A DNA stretch of 34,381 nt from Fonticula alba ATCC 38817 (taxonomy: Eukaryota > Protista > Nucleariida): assembly GCA_000388065.2 (NCBI GenBank), contig KB932201.1. One strand, 5' to 3'. The notes below the pieces were generated by a model. It searched no databases. It was not told the origin of the DNA and saw only the letters and a list, made by a program, of their open reading frames with translations. The translations under genes and the position numbers were made by a program. Shown one piece after another: positions 1 to 10,151 of the stretch (position 1 is its first letter; every line of letters begins with the position of its first letter).

Positions 1-119
1 GCGCCCCCGGGATCCGGCCCTGGGGGCGCAGGAGCGCAGATCCAATCCCCCCCCCCCCCCCCTGTTGGCAACAGCTGTCCACCGGCGGGCGGATGGTTGT
101 TACGCAGAGCACAACGGCT

Positions 120-120
<1 letters not shown>

Positions 121-150
<30 letters not shown>
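121..150 (+). repeat. Poly-C tract (probable intron of gene 1)
   Basis: 30 consecutive C directly upstream of a putative TAG acceptor. Confidence 0.9.
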
Positions 151-151
<1 letters not shown>

Positions 152-173
152 ATCCCTCTTTCTAGTGGAGAAC

Positions 174-2063
174 ATGTCCCAAGTGGCCCTGACGATCATG
201 GAGCAGGAGCTGGAGGAAATCCTGACCACCACTCCCGGCCATCTGGGCCGCCTGCGCGTGCTGGACGCCCAGCTGGCGGATTTGGCAAGCGCCGTGCGCG
301 CGGCCGGGCGCCGGTCGGCTGCCATCCTGGCCGTGCGGCCCAGCGACCCGGCCACCGAGCACCTGACTCAGGAGCAGCTGGTCCGGGTGGCGGTCGCGCG
401 CCTGCGGTCGGCTCCCATCGGCGGGCCCCTTGAGGGGTTCAGCCTGAATGTCGGCGGAGGGGCCACCACGCCGCCGGTGCATGCGGATGCCGGTGATCGA
501 TCGCCCGATGTCATTCGCATCCCCGGGTCCGGGGCCGAGATCGCACGCGGCACCGCCACCGGCACCGCCACCACGCCCGACGGGAGCGACTCCAACACCG
601 ACGCCCATACCGCCCCGACCAGCCCCGCAGGCGGGTCCCGGTCTCCATCGGGCGGCAGCCCGGCCGCCGAGCTGCCCGGGCCCGGTGCTCCGGACAACTG
701 GCCGGCCCTCGACGATCCGGCCATGGTGACCTGCCCGCCGGACTTGACCATCACCCTGCATGCCTTTAACCACCTGCAAACGGGGGTCTGGCTGGAGGAC
801 ATCGGCATTCCGCCGGAGATTGCCCAGCGTGTCAGCGACTCGGCCACGGCCCTGGCGGTGCTGGTCCGGCACCGGACCATCAGCGATGTTCGTCGAGTGC
901 TGGACACTTCACAAGCACGCGCGGCCACCATCGTCACGCGCGCCCTGCTGCTGGCATACTCCGGCGGGGTGGCCGGCTGCGGCGGGTGCGGGCACCGGGG
1001 CCGCGTCCGGGGCGGTGCCCCGAGCGATCTCCTGGCCCCGCAGCCCGAGGGCCTGGCCTGGCCATTGAAGGTCAAGTACCGGGTGACCCGGCGCCCGGAG
1101 GTGGCCAAGAAGAAGAAGGGCGACCCGGCCGAGCCGGCGGCCGCCCCTGCCCCGGAGCCCAAGCCCCAGCGCCTGCTCTTCGAGCCGGATTACTCCTGGT
1201 GGACCGAGGATCCCGAGGCGCCGGTCCAGCCTTCGCCCGAGGAATGGGCCGATTTGATGGACATGGCCAGCTGCGATGACGAGCTGGCGGCCGACATGGA
1301 GGACTTCCTCACGCCGAATGCCGTGCGCCAGGGCGGCAGCCTGGTGCCGGCCCTGCTGAGCCCGAACCTGTATCCGGAAATTGGGCGCCTGCGCCTCCGG
1401 CATCTGGAGCCCATCAGCCAGCGGTCCTGCCTGAACTGGACGCCGGCCCAGCTGGCCCGGCGCTGGCTGGCCATGGAGTTCGCCATGGCCCCTCCCATGA
1501 AGGGCACCGCCCGGACATGGGTCAATCCCCGGGAACACCCGACGGAGGAGGCCCAGGAGGCCGCGGCCCAGGCCATCATCGAGCAGGCGCGGCGCGATGC
1601 CGTCGGCAAGATTGTCCTCACCATGGACACCTTCTCGCGCATTTTGCGCCTCAATGGCCTGGCCTTTGCCACGCTCTGCCCCCGGGCGGCCTACGATCTG
1701 CTGCCCCCGGCCCCGGCCCTGACATACTCGGCCTATTCGGCGGCCACGCAAAATGCCGATGACGGCATTGTCGAGCAGCTCGAGGAGCTCGGCCACCTGA
1801 GCACCGTGGAGCGTGCTCGTGTGATGAAGGCTCGCTCGCCGGACCAGCACCTGTCGGACGCCCGCAAGATCAGCCCCTCGGCGCACATGGCCGCCGCCGA
1901 GGCCGAGCGCGTGGCCCTGGGCCAGCGCATCGCCGCCAGCGCCCGGCGCCTGCTGGCTGCTGACATTGAGGCCGGTCGTACTCCCGCTTGGCTGGCCTTC
2001 TGGGATACGAGCCGGCCCCTGAGCGAGCTGCGCATCCCCTACGCATTCTTCCTGGAGCGTTGA
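174..2063 (+). CDS. Hypothetical protein (~629 aa from ATG 174; the open frame starts at 93, and the 5' end may be spliced from upstream)
   Basis: Long uninterrupted ORF with GC3-rich codon usage, ending TGA 2061-2063. Poly-C 121-150 followed by TCTAG (AG at 164-165) looks like an intron 3' end, so the poly-Pro N-terminus of ORF 93..2063 is probably not coding. No family confidently recognised. Confidence 0.75.
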   Translation: MSQVALTIMEQELEEILTTTPGHLGRLRVLDAQLADLASAVRAAGRRSAAILAVRPSDPATEHLTQEQLVRVAVARLRSAPIGGPLEGFSLNVGGGATTPPVHADAGDRSPDVIRIPGSGAEIARGTATGTATTPDGSDSNTDAHTAPTSPAGGSRSPSGGSPAAELPGPGAPDNWPALDDPAMVTCPPDLTITLHAFNHLQTGVWLEDIGIPPEIAQRVSDSATALAVLVRHRTISDVRRVLDTSQARAATIVTRALLLAYSGGVAGCGGCGHRGRVRGGAPSDLLAPQPEGLAWPLKVKYRVTRRPEVAKKKKGDPAEPAAAPAPEPKPQRLLFEPDYSWWTEDPEAPVQPSPEEWADLMDMASCDDELAADMEDFLTPNAVRQGGSLVPALLSPNLYPEIGRLRLRHLEPISQRSCLNWTPAQLARRWLAMEFAMAPPMKGTARTWVNPREHPTEEAQEAAAQAIIEQARRDAVGKIVLTMDTFSRILRLNGLAFATLCPRAAYDLLPPAPALTYSAYSAATQNADDGIVEQLEELGHLSTVERARVMKARSPDQHLSDARKISPSAHMAAAEAERVALGQRIAASARRLLAADIEAGRTPAWLAFWDTSRPLSELRIPYAFFLER

Positions 2064-2363
2064 GATGAGGCCGGTGGTGATGCGCGTCTGTGTCTATTTC
2101 TCTCTCTCTCTCTCCCTCCCCCGTGTGGATAGAAAGATGTCCTTTGACCATATTCCCTCCCCCACTCCTCCGCCCGTCCCTCCCCTGCCCCTTGCCGGCA
2201 CCGCTGCAGAGAAGCCCCCGCCCTTTGAGAGTGTGAAAGGGGGCGATCATGTGCGAGCATGCGAGCATACACAGAGAAACGAGAGAAGCGACACGGCATT
2301 GTGTGCGTGCGTGAGGCATTTTGGGCCTTCGTGTATTATGTCCTTGCCCCCCCCCCTCCCCCC

Positions 2364-2374
2364 CGCGCGCGCGC

Positions 2375-2419
<45 letters not shown>

Positions 2420-2420
2420 T
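2364..2420. repeat. (CG)n(TG)n microsatellite
   Basis: Read directly; further (TG)/(TATG) runs at ~2740-2812 in the same intergenic/3' UTR region. Confidence 0.9.
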
Positions 2421-3100
2421 GGAGTTGTCCATGGGCATGGGAAGCGAGAAAGGGGCGGACAGGGAAGGAGTGGAGGATGTTATGCAGGGACAGGGAGGCG
2501 GGGAGGCAGAGAGAGAGAGAGAGGAAGGGAGGGAGGGAGAGAGGGAGGGAGGAGGAGAGGGAGAGAGAGAGAGACCGTACACGCCTGATAAATGTGTGGC
2601 CCTTCCAGATGAAAAGAAAAAGGAGAAGAAAGAAGCAATTGAATTCAACCCACGAGAGGGACCCAGACCTACGCCAGATACAAAATGCACAACAAGTGGG
2701 ATGGGAGGAAGGGGATCGACATATCAAAGGGGGTGCTATCATGTGTATGTATGTATGCATGTATGTATGTGTTTGTGTGTGTATGTATGTGTGTGTGTGT
2801 GTGTGTGTGTGTGCTTTCAAAGGCATGGAGGGAAACAAGGACATGCGCCGGATCCTGTCCCGGCGCGCAGCAGCAGGGGCGTTTGTGCCACTTATACACA
2901 TCGGGAATATATGTGTGTCTGTGTGCCTGTGGGTGCGCGCGTTCGCACAGACGTATGCGCAGTTGATTCTGCAGCACAGGAGGGAAGAGGCAGGAATGGA
3001 TGTGCAGGCGCGAGCCGGGCGGCAGGGGAGAAGCAGGAAGGGGAGAGAAGGGGGGGGGGGGAGGGGGGAAGAAGCGCGCGCGCGCGCGCGCGCGTGCACA

Positions 3101-3692
3101 CTACTGGCCATACGACGAGGAGTAGCCCAACCAAGGCTGTGGGGCAAAGTGATCGGCTCCCCCGTCAACTGGGACATTCACACCAAGCTTATCGTCGGTT
3201 AGTGACAGCGGGCCGGACACCGAGCCAAGTAGCGAGTCGACTGGCGCCGGGCCGCCGGCACCGCCGACGTCGGCCCCGGCCCCGGGCGCCGAGTGCATGG
3301 CCAAAGACGAGGCCAGGTGCATGGCAGCTGCTGCCTGTGAGGGGAGCTGGTGCGCCGGGAAGGTGTCCATCGAGCCCTGGCTGCGATTGAGCGGCAGAAG
3401 CGGTCGCGACAGGCGTGGATGCGGCGTCACCGACAGCGGCGGTCCAGCCCCGGCGGAGAGTGAAGAGGCGGCAGCCGTACCGGTGGCGGTGGCCGCCGGC
3501 GCAGCTGGCCCAGCAGAGAAGACACCCCCGAGGGCGGGCTGTCCGCCACCGGGGGCCCCGGTGCCCGAGCCAATGCCCGCAGTGGCCATCGACGCGGTCG
3601 AAGCATTGGCCATGGGCGCGACGGAGTTGACAGTGCCGGCAGCGGCCACGGCCGCCGCTGACCCGGCTAGCACATTGAGCGCGTGCTGCTGC

Positions 3693-3733
<41 letters not shown>

Positions 3734-4591
3734 CTGGAGCTGCTGCTGGAGCTGTTGCTGGGCGGAGGCAAGGGAAATNNNNNNNNNNNNNNNNNNNNNN
3801 NNNNNNNNNNNNNNNNNNNNNNNNNNNNNNNNNNNNNNNNNNNNNNNNNNNNNNNNNNNNNNNNNNNNNNNNNNNNNNNNNNNNNNNNNNNNNNNNNNNN
3901 NNNNNNNNNNNNNNNNNNNNNNNNNNNNNNNNNNNNNNNNNNNNNNNNNNNNNNNNNNNNNNNNNNNNNNNNNNNNNNNNNNNNNNNNNNNNNNNNNNNN
4001 NNNNNNNNNNNNNNNNNNNNNNNNNNNNNNNNNNNNNNNNNNNNNNNNNNNNNNNNNNNNNNNNNNNNNNNNNNNNNNNNNNNNNNNNNNNNNNNNNNNN
4101 NNNNNNNNNNNNNNNNNNNNNNNNNNNNNNNNNNNNNNNNNNNNNNNNNNNNNNNNNNNNNNNNNNNNNNNNNNNNNNNNNNNNNNNNAGGAGGCAGCCA
4201 ACTCGCTGGACAGCGATGCCAGATCCGGAATGGACCCGGTATCTCCGTGAGTGCGGGTCAGCAGATTGCTGCTGCTGCTGCTGGTCAATGGCCCGGCGCT
4301 CAGGAGGATGGATGCCGGGGGCGAGGATGAGGTCGACCCGAGCAGGCTGTCCGACGAGGAGCTATACTCGCGGGAGAGGGACAGGACATTCGGCGAGGCT
4401 GACAGCGATCCGAGGGCCGACGGAATGGCCGACGAGGAAATGACCGGCGAGGTAAGGGCAATCATCGGGTTGCTGGACGCGGAGGATGACTGGGAATAGA
4501 GCCCAGTCACGGATGGCTGGGGAGAAGAGAGGAAAGCCGGACAGGGGGGGGGGTGGAGGGAGTGTCAGCGAGTGAGCGAGCAAATGCGGAG

Positions 4592-4633
<42 letters not shown>

Positions 4634-5555
4634 CATGTGCATGCCCGGGGAGGTGTGGGTACGGACCTGGTTGTGGGCAAAGGAGGGCGAGGCGACAAAG
4701 GAATTGGCGCCAGACTGCGGCTGTTGCTGTTGCTGCTGCTGATGCTGCGACAGATGGAAGGAGACCCCCCCTTGGTGGCGAGGGGCTGCCCCGCCGGCCA
4801 GGCCGGAGTCGTCGACAGTGCCACGGGGGCTCGATGTCCGCGGGGGGATGACGCTCCCCGGGCGCGGCCCCAGGCCAAGCGAGGCAGTGGCATCGATGAC
4901 ATCCTGTGTAATGCGGTCGGTGCCACGCACGGCCGCGGCCGAGTCCTCCGAGCCTCCGGCCGTGGGGTACATATGCGCCGCCGGGCCCGGGCCCGGGCGC
5001 TGAGCTTGCGCCTGTTGCAGCTGGCTATGCAGCTGCTGGTGCGAGGGCATGTGCGAATGGGCCGACATCGTCGTGGCATGCATATGTCCAGGTGCCTCGT
5101 GCGGTGGCGACGACTTGCTGGTGTAGTGGCCGCCTGCCCCCCCAGCGGCGGCGGCGGCGGCGGCGGTGGAAACCTCGTGTGGCGAGTGTTGCCGGTCCGA
5201 GTGCACCTCCAGCGGGCTATGGTGCGCCGAACTGGCCGACATGGCGGCATGTGGATGCGCATGATGCCCCACCAGGTGGCCCACTTGGTGTGCATGGGCA
5301 AGCGCATGGGGATGGACGTGCGAGTGGCCGCCACTGCCCGGCACCACACTGGCCGACCGTGGCGATGAAGAGGCCACATACTCCGGCGAAGTGTAGGCCG
5401 GCTGGGCCACCGAGGACCCCGACGAGGGGTGGAAGTAGTAGCCAGTCGCATCGGGAGGGCCATGGTTGCCGGCTGCCGAGGCCTCCGGCCCGGGAGGACC
5501 AGTGGATGACTCGCCACCAGCCAGGCCAGTGCGCTGCTGCTGTTGCTGTTGCTGC

Positions 5556-5611
<56 letters not shown>

Positions 5612-6892
5612 ATGGTGGTGGTGATGGTGATGGTGGTGGTGGTGGTGATCTGTGGCAGTCGAAGGGTGGGTGGTGTTTTCGGAGAAGGTGACCGACGGCG
5701 GCGCAGACGAATGCTTTTGCGGTCCCTTGGCCGTTTGAGCGCCAGCGCTGCCACAGGTGCAACAGGAGCCACATGTGCCGCCGGTGTGCTCGGTGGCCCC
5801 ACCGCCAGGGGCGACAGTCGGCCCGGACGCAGCTGGCCCTAGGCCGGCATACCCGGAAGCGTGGTCCACGGCCCACGGATTGGCCACGGCCATGGTGCGC
5901 TTGTTGCCCTGCGGGTTCTTCGGCCCGTCCAACAGGACCGTGGCCGCGATGCTGGTCTTCACATAGGACGGCTCGCTGTTGGCGTTGGTCCCATTGCTGC
6001 TATAGTACTTGAAGAGGACTTTGTCCTTGCTCCGGCCCGGGTACAGGTAGTGCAGCTGGGGGAAGTCCCCCAGGCGGTCGGCCAGGCTGCGGATCTGCAA
6101 ATCGCGCGCCAGCCATGGCTGGAAGTGCTTGCAGTGGGCAGGCGTGTCGCCATCCGGGCCATAAAGGACGGCCACCGAGATGGCGCCGAGCTCGGAGTCG
6201 GAGAAGCGCAGCAGGAAGGTTCCGGGCGAGCAGCGCGACAGGAGAGCCTCGGCATCGGGCTTGGTCACGAAGCCCATGATGAGGCTGTGGTGGATGTCAA
6301 AAGAAGGGCGCAGGGAGGTCAGGCGGGGAGGTGGGGGGGAGGGGGGGTGTGTTTGTTGTGTTTGTTTGTGTGGGTTTTTGGTTTTGGTTGGGGGTGCTCT
6401 TGGGGGGGGGAGCACACGCACTTGTCAGCCCACAGGTTGGACATGTGCCGGCGAATGAGCTCCTCAGCCGCGTGGAACCACTCCCAGAAGGTGAAGTTCC
6501 GCCCGGGGAGGGCATCACGATTGAACATGCTCCATGTAAGTTGCAGGTCATCGTCGCTGACACCGCCACCGCTGCCGGCCGCATGGGGGAAAGCCTCATC
6601 GGCATCCAGCGATCCGAGGGCCGAGGAGGAGGGAGTGCCTGCCGTGTGGGAGAAGATGGCCTTCTGCTTGAGCAGGTCCAAATCCATCGGCGTCAGCAGG
6701 CGCTGGGTGTTGGACACGACGTGGGCGTTGAGAGCGCGCGCGGCGCTGGTCCAGGACACGGAGTCGGGGACATGGAAGGGGATGCGATTCTGGGTGCGAA
6801 GCATCCGGGCGCACGAAGCACCGAGTCAGAGTGAGCGGAGGGGCGCACGGTCAGTTCGAAGGCCCACCGATGAAAGGCCACCAGAGGAAGGA

Positions 6893-6927
<35 letters not shown>

Positions 6928-7520
6928 GGGGGGGGGGGGGGGGGGGGGGGAAGTGGCAAGGACAAATGCCGGCGTACACGCTCGGAGAAGTAGTTGTCCC
7001 ACAGGACCGTGGCCACGGCATTGGTGGTCTGGTTGCCGTGGACCGTGACCACGCAGGGCCGGGCCAGGGCGAAGACAAAGTGCCGGACCCCATCGATGAC
7101 GAACTGCGTGTGCAGGACCAGGGCAAATTTCTCCTCGGTGACCACCTCGTCCTTGGCGTCGCGCCGGCGGATCTTTGTCAGCGACAGGTTCTTAAAGGGG
7201 CACCGAAGGGTGGCCGTTGACTGGTTCTTGGTCGAGCTGAACTCCAGGTCTATCGGGATGCGGGCGAAGTTTCCCTCCCCCGTCGGGGGAGAAAAGAGCA
7301 CAGGGTTAGGGGATGCCATGGGAAGGGTGGAAGCGGGCGCGCTGTGCGGGATGGCATGCGCCGAAAGGCGTACTCTTGCGAGAGTCCTTCAGAGAGCCGG
7401 TCTGCTCGGCGACAATGCCCTGGAAGATGGCGCGCGAGGTGTCATTGCAGATGCCCAGCAGGCCAACGGAGCTGGCCTGACTGGAGTACTTTTGGATGGC
7501 CTGCGCTTGGACTTGGCTGT

Positions 7521-7553
<33 letters not shown>

Positions 7554-8999
7554 GGGAGTGTGTAAGTGCGAGTGCGTTGGACGAAGACATGCCGAGGAGG
7601 GGGGCCCATGAGAGAGAGAGAGAGAGAGAGACCACTTGATCGGGAGAGCCGAGGCGCGGGCAAAAGGAAGAGCACGCACTTGACGATGGACGCATACACC
7701 TCGGGGAGGGCGCCGGTGCCGGCGCCGGTGTTCTGCACCGGGGCATCCGACAAGTACGGAAGGTTGACATTGCCGCGGCTGCTCCGGTGCACATGCGTGC
7801 CGACCAGCAGACGGACCGTCGCGTTGAACTTGGTCTGGGTCTTGAGAATCTGCGGCGGCTGGAGCTCGAACACGAAGGACCTAGGGCACAGGGCGAGGGC
7901 ATGGTCAGCGACGAGAGGGCCAAAAGGCAGACACAAGGGAGGAGAAAGCGGGAGAGAGAGAGAGAAAGAGAGAGGGAGAAAGAGAGAGAGAGAGGGAGAA
8001 CGAGCAGGGGAGGCGGCGGGGTGGCGGTGCGGAGTCCGCCACAGGAGGGATGCCATCTCCTCGAGCGGGACATACCCCTGGATGACGGCCCCGATCTCGG
8101 AGCTGCACCACTTGCTCAGGGCCAAAATCAGGCCGGGGACCTCGTCCCCCGGCGAGGCGACCGGCCGGCTGGCATAGAGCGAGTGCAGCAGGGCCAGCTG
8201 CTTGCCGGCAAAGCGGAGGATGGTCAGGAGGACCTCGAAGAAGGGCTGCAGCGCATCCAACGTGCGAGAGGCCGAGGTGGTGGTGGTCGACCCGACGGCC
8301 ATGGCCGAGCCATCCACCGTGGAGGTGGCATCCAGGTTGAGCACCGGGGGGGCCGGGGTGGAGGGGCCGCTGTCCATGATGTGATCGCTCGAGGGGACCG
8401 ACGCATTGCGAGAGGACCCGGCCGCGCGGAGGGCCGGCGCCCGGCGGGCCTTCTGCTGCTCGGAGTCGGAGGGCTGGTGCTGACGCTGTTGGTACATGGT
8501 GGCCATGGTCAGGGCGGCCATGGCGGCCGAGTGGTAGGTGTCATTGAAGTAGACCAGCCGATTGAGCAGGTCGTTGTGGTATGCCCGGGCACTTTGCAGG
8601 ACCAGCTCCAGGGCCCGAAGCATGGCCAGCGAATCGGTGCGGATGGACTCGTGCGTCGAAGCGAGGAGTTGCTCGTGCTTCAGGAGCTCCGAGGCTAGCT
8701 GGTAGAGCTGCACCCGCTGGTTCGGGTCGATGGTCAGGTTGGATTCCACCAGCTGGACAAGTTGGATGGTCGGCCAGCCAAGCTGCTCCGGTGTGAGGAA
8801 GGGCTTCAGGTGCACTGTCGGGGGGCGGGTGGGGGGGGGGGGGGGCAGGGGAGAGGGCATGAGTGTGGGCGTGGCCAGGAACGGAGGGAAGGGGGGAGGA
8901 GTCAGGAGAATGGACGGCGGAAGGAAGAACAAGGGATCGAGAGCGTGGCAGGAGGCCATGGGCTCCAGCAGGAGATGGACCCGGGACTGATGCCATTGG

Positions 9000-9036
<37 letters not shown>

Positions 9037-9530
9037 TCGCGGAGGGGGAGGGGCGCACTCTTGATTTCGGCCATCTTTTGCGCGTGGGAATTGAAGGAGC
9101 GCTGAGCCTGGCCCAGTTTCAGGAGTACATCCTCCTGGGTCTGCATGGGAAGAGACCAGTGCGAGGGCCGGGGGGGGTGAGGGTGAGGAAAGGGGGGAGG
9201 GGCATGGGGCAGCGACCGGGCGATAGCGAGAGGGGCCGTACGAGCAGGTCCTTGATCAGGGCCTTCATGTCGTTGAGGACGCTTGCATCCGGCACGATGA
9301 GGTGGTGCGTCTCCGAGGGGGCTTCCGTCAGGGCGGGAGCGCTGTTGGAGAGGGTCGAAGCCGCGGCCGCCTCATTCCGCGGATCTGCACATGTACCCCC
9401 GGGCACAGGGTGTCAGTCGGAGCCCATTGGGGCATGGAGGGAGGGAGCAGGAGGGTGACATACCGGGGTTGGAGCTGGCATGGCCATGGCGGCCGTGGTG
9501 CTGCGCGGCATTGTCCCGAGAGGGGTACAT
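3101..9530 (-). CDS. STAT: STAT transcription factor (STAT5/STAT6-like), multi-exon
   Basis: Phase-consistent GT-AG exons: 9530-9464, 9384-9242, 9140-9059, 8814-8076, 7880-7680, 7516-7374, 7249-6978, 6789-6422, 6284-4667, 4516-(gap), (3757)-3101. Motifs: QPPQILKTQTKFNATVRLLVG, FKNLSLTKIRR, VVTEEKF, PCVVTVHGNQTTNAVATVLWDNYF, NRIPFHVPDSVSW, LPGRNFTFWEWF, GTFLLRFSDSELGAISVA, IRSLADRLGD, SYVKT. These closely match recalled STAT5/6 motifs. The start (ATG 9530 or further upstream) and the region across gap 3779-4188 are uncertain. Confidence 0.95.
3685..3760 (-). repeat. CAG/CAA trinucleotide repeat encoding poly-Gln in the STAT tail
   Basis: (CTG/TTG)n on the + strand; in frame QQLQQQLQQQQ... Confidence 0.9.
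3779..4188. other. Assembly gap inside the STAT 3' region
   Basis: 410 N. Confidence 1.
5532..5647 (-). repeat. Poly-His followed by poly-Gln codon repeats in the STAT tail
   Basis: In-frame His run (about 12) then Gln run (about 27) within exon 6284-4667. Confidence 0.9.
5960..6284 (-). other. STAT SH2 domain plus tyrosine-phosphorylation segment (Tyr codon 5963-5965)
   Basis: LIMGFVTKPDAEALL...GTFLLRFSDSELG contains the FLLRFSDS pTyr-binding Arg. It is followed by RSLADRLGD...YPGRSKDKVLFKYY...EPSYVKT, equivalent to STAT5 DGYVKP. Confidence 0.92.
6978..7880 (-). other. STAT DNA-binding domain (three exons)
   Basis: Runs from FVFELQPPQILKTQTKF through VTEEKF to VHGNQ...ATVLWDNYF; compare STAT5 QPPQVLKTQTKF...VTEEKF...VHGSQ...ATVLWDNAF. 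Confidence 0.92.
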
Positions 9531-9606
9531 CCTGGAGAGGGAGGCGGAGAAGACGAGCGAAGTGTGTGGCAGGCTCGACAGGCTCAGGGAGGAGGCAGCC
9601 AACTCG

Positions 9607-9983
9607 NNNNNNNNNNNNNNNNNNNNNNNNNNNNNNNNNNNNNNNNNNNNNNNNNNNNNNNNNNNNNNNNNNNNNNNNNNNNNNNNNNNNNNNNNNNNNN
9701 NNNNNNNNNNNNNNNNNNNNNNNNNNNNNNNNNNNNNNNNNNNNNNNNNNNNNNNNNNNNNNNNNNNNNNNNNNNNNNNNNNNNNNNNNNNNNNNNNNNN
9801 NNNNNNNNNNNNNNNNNNNNNNNNNNNNNNNNNNNNNNNNNNNNNNNNNNNNNNNNNNNNNNNNNNNNNNNNNNNNNNNNNNNNNNNNNNNNNNNNNNNN
9901 NNNNNNNNNNNNNNNNNNNNNNNNNNNNNNNNNNNNNNNNNNNNNNNNNNNNNNNNNNNNNNNNNNNNNNNNNNNNNNNNNNN
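9607..9983. other. Assembly gap at the STAT 5' end
   Basis: 377 N. Confidence 1.
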
Positions 9984-10005
9984 CTTCGTGTGTATGTTCG
10001 GCAGA

Positions 10006-10006
<1 letters not shown>

Positions 10007-10085
<79 letters not shown>

Positions 10086-10092
10086 GGGGGGT

Positions 10093-10150
<58 letters not shown>
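10007..10150. repeat. ~140-nt poly-G tract (poly-C on the STAT sense strand)
   Basis: Nearly pure G run with two T interruptions, next to an assembly gap; the length may be an assembly artefact. Confidence 0.85.

Positions 10151-10151
<1 letters not shown>

Noticed and set aside
2065-3390. 441-aa + strand ORF and overlapping ORFs between gene 1 and STAT
   Set aside because: Made of microsatellite translations (VCVC, ERER, HTHT) in stop-poor GC/purine-rich DNA; no protein-like content.
5678-5686. GAS-like TTCGGAGAA inside the STAT gene (also TTCGGGGGAA near 26452)
   Set aside because: Single 6-base-specified motifs are expected by chance in 34 kb; no clustering upstream of STAT to support autoregulation.
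7250-7285. Apparent non-canonical or phase-mismatched acceptor in STAT intron 6
   Set aside because: The nearest AG (GAG) is out of phase, but a canonical in-phase TAG exists at 7251-7250, so no unusual splicing is needed. The exact acceptor remains slightly uncertain.
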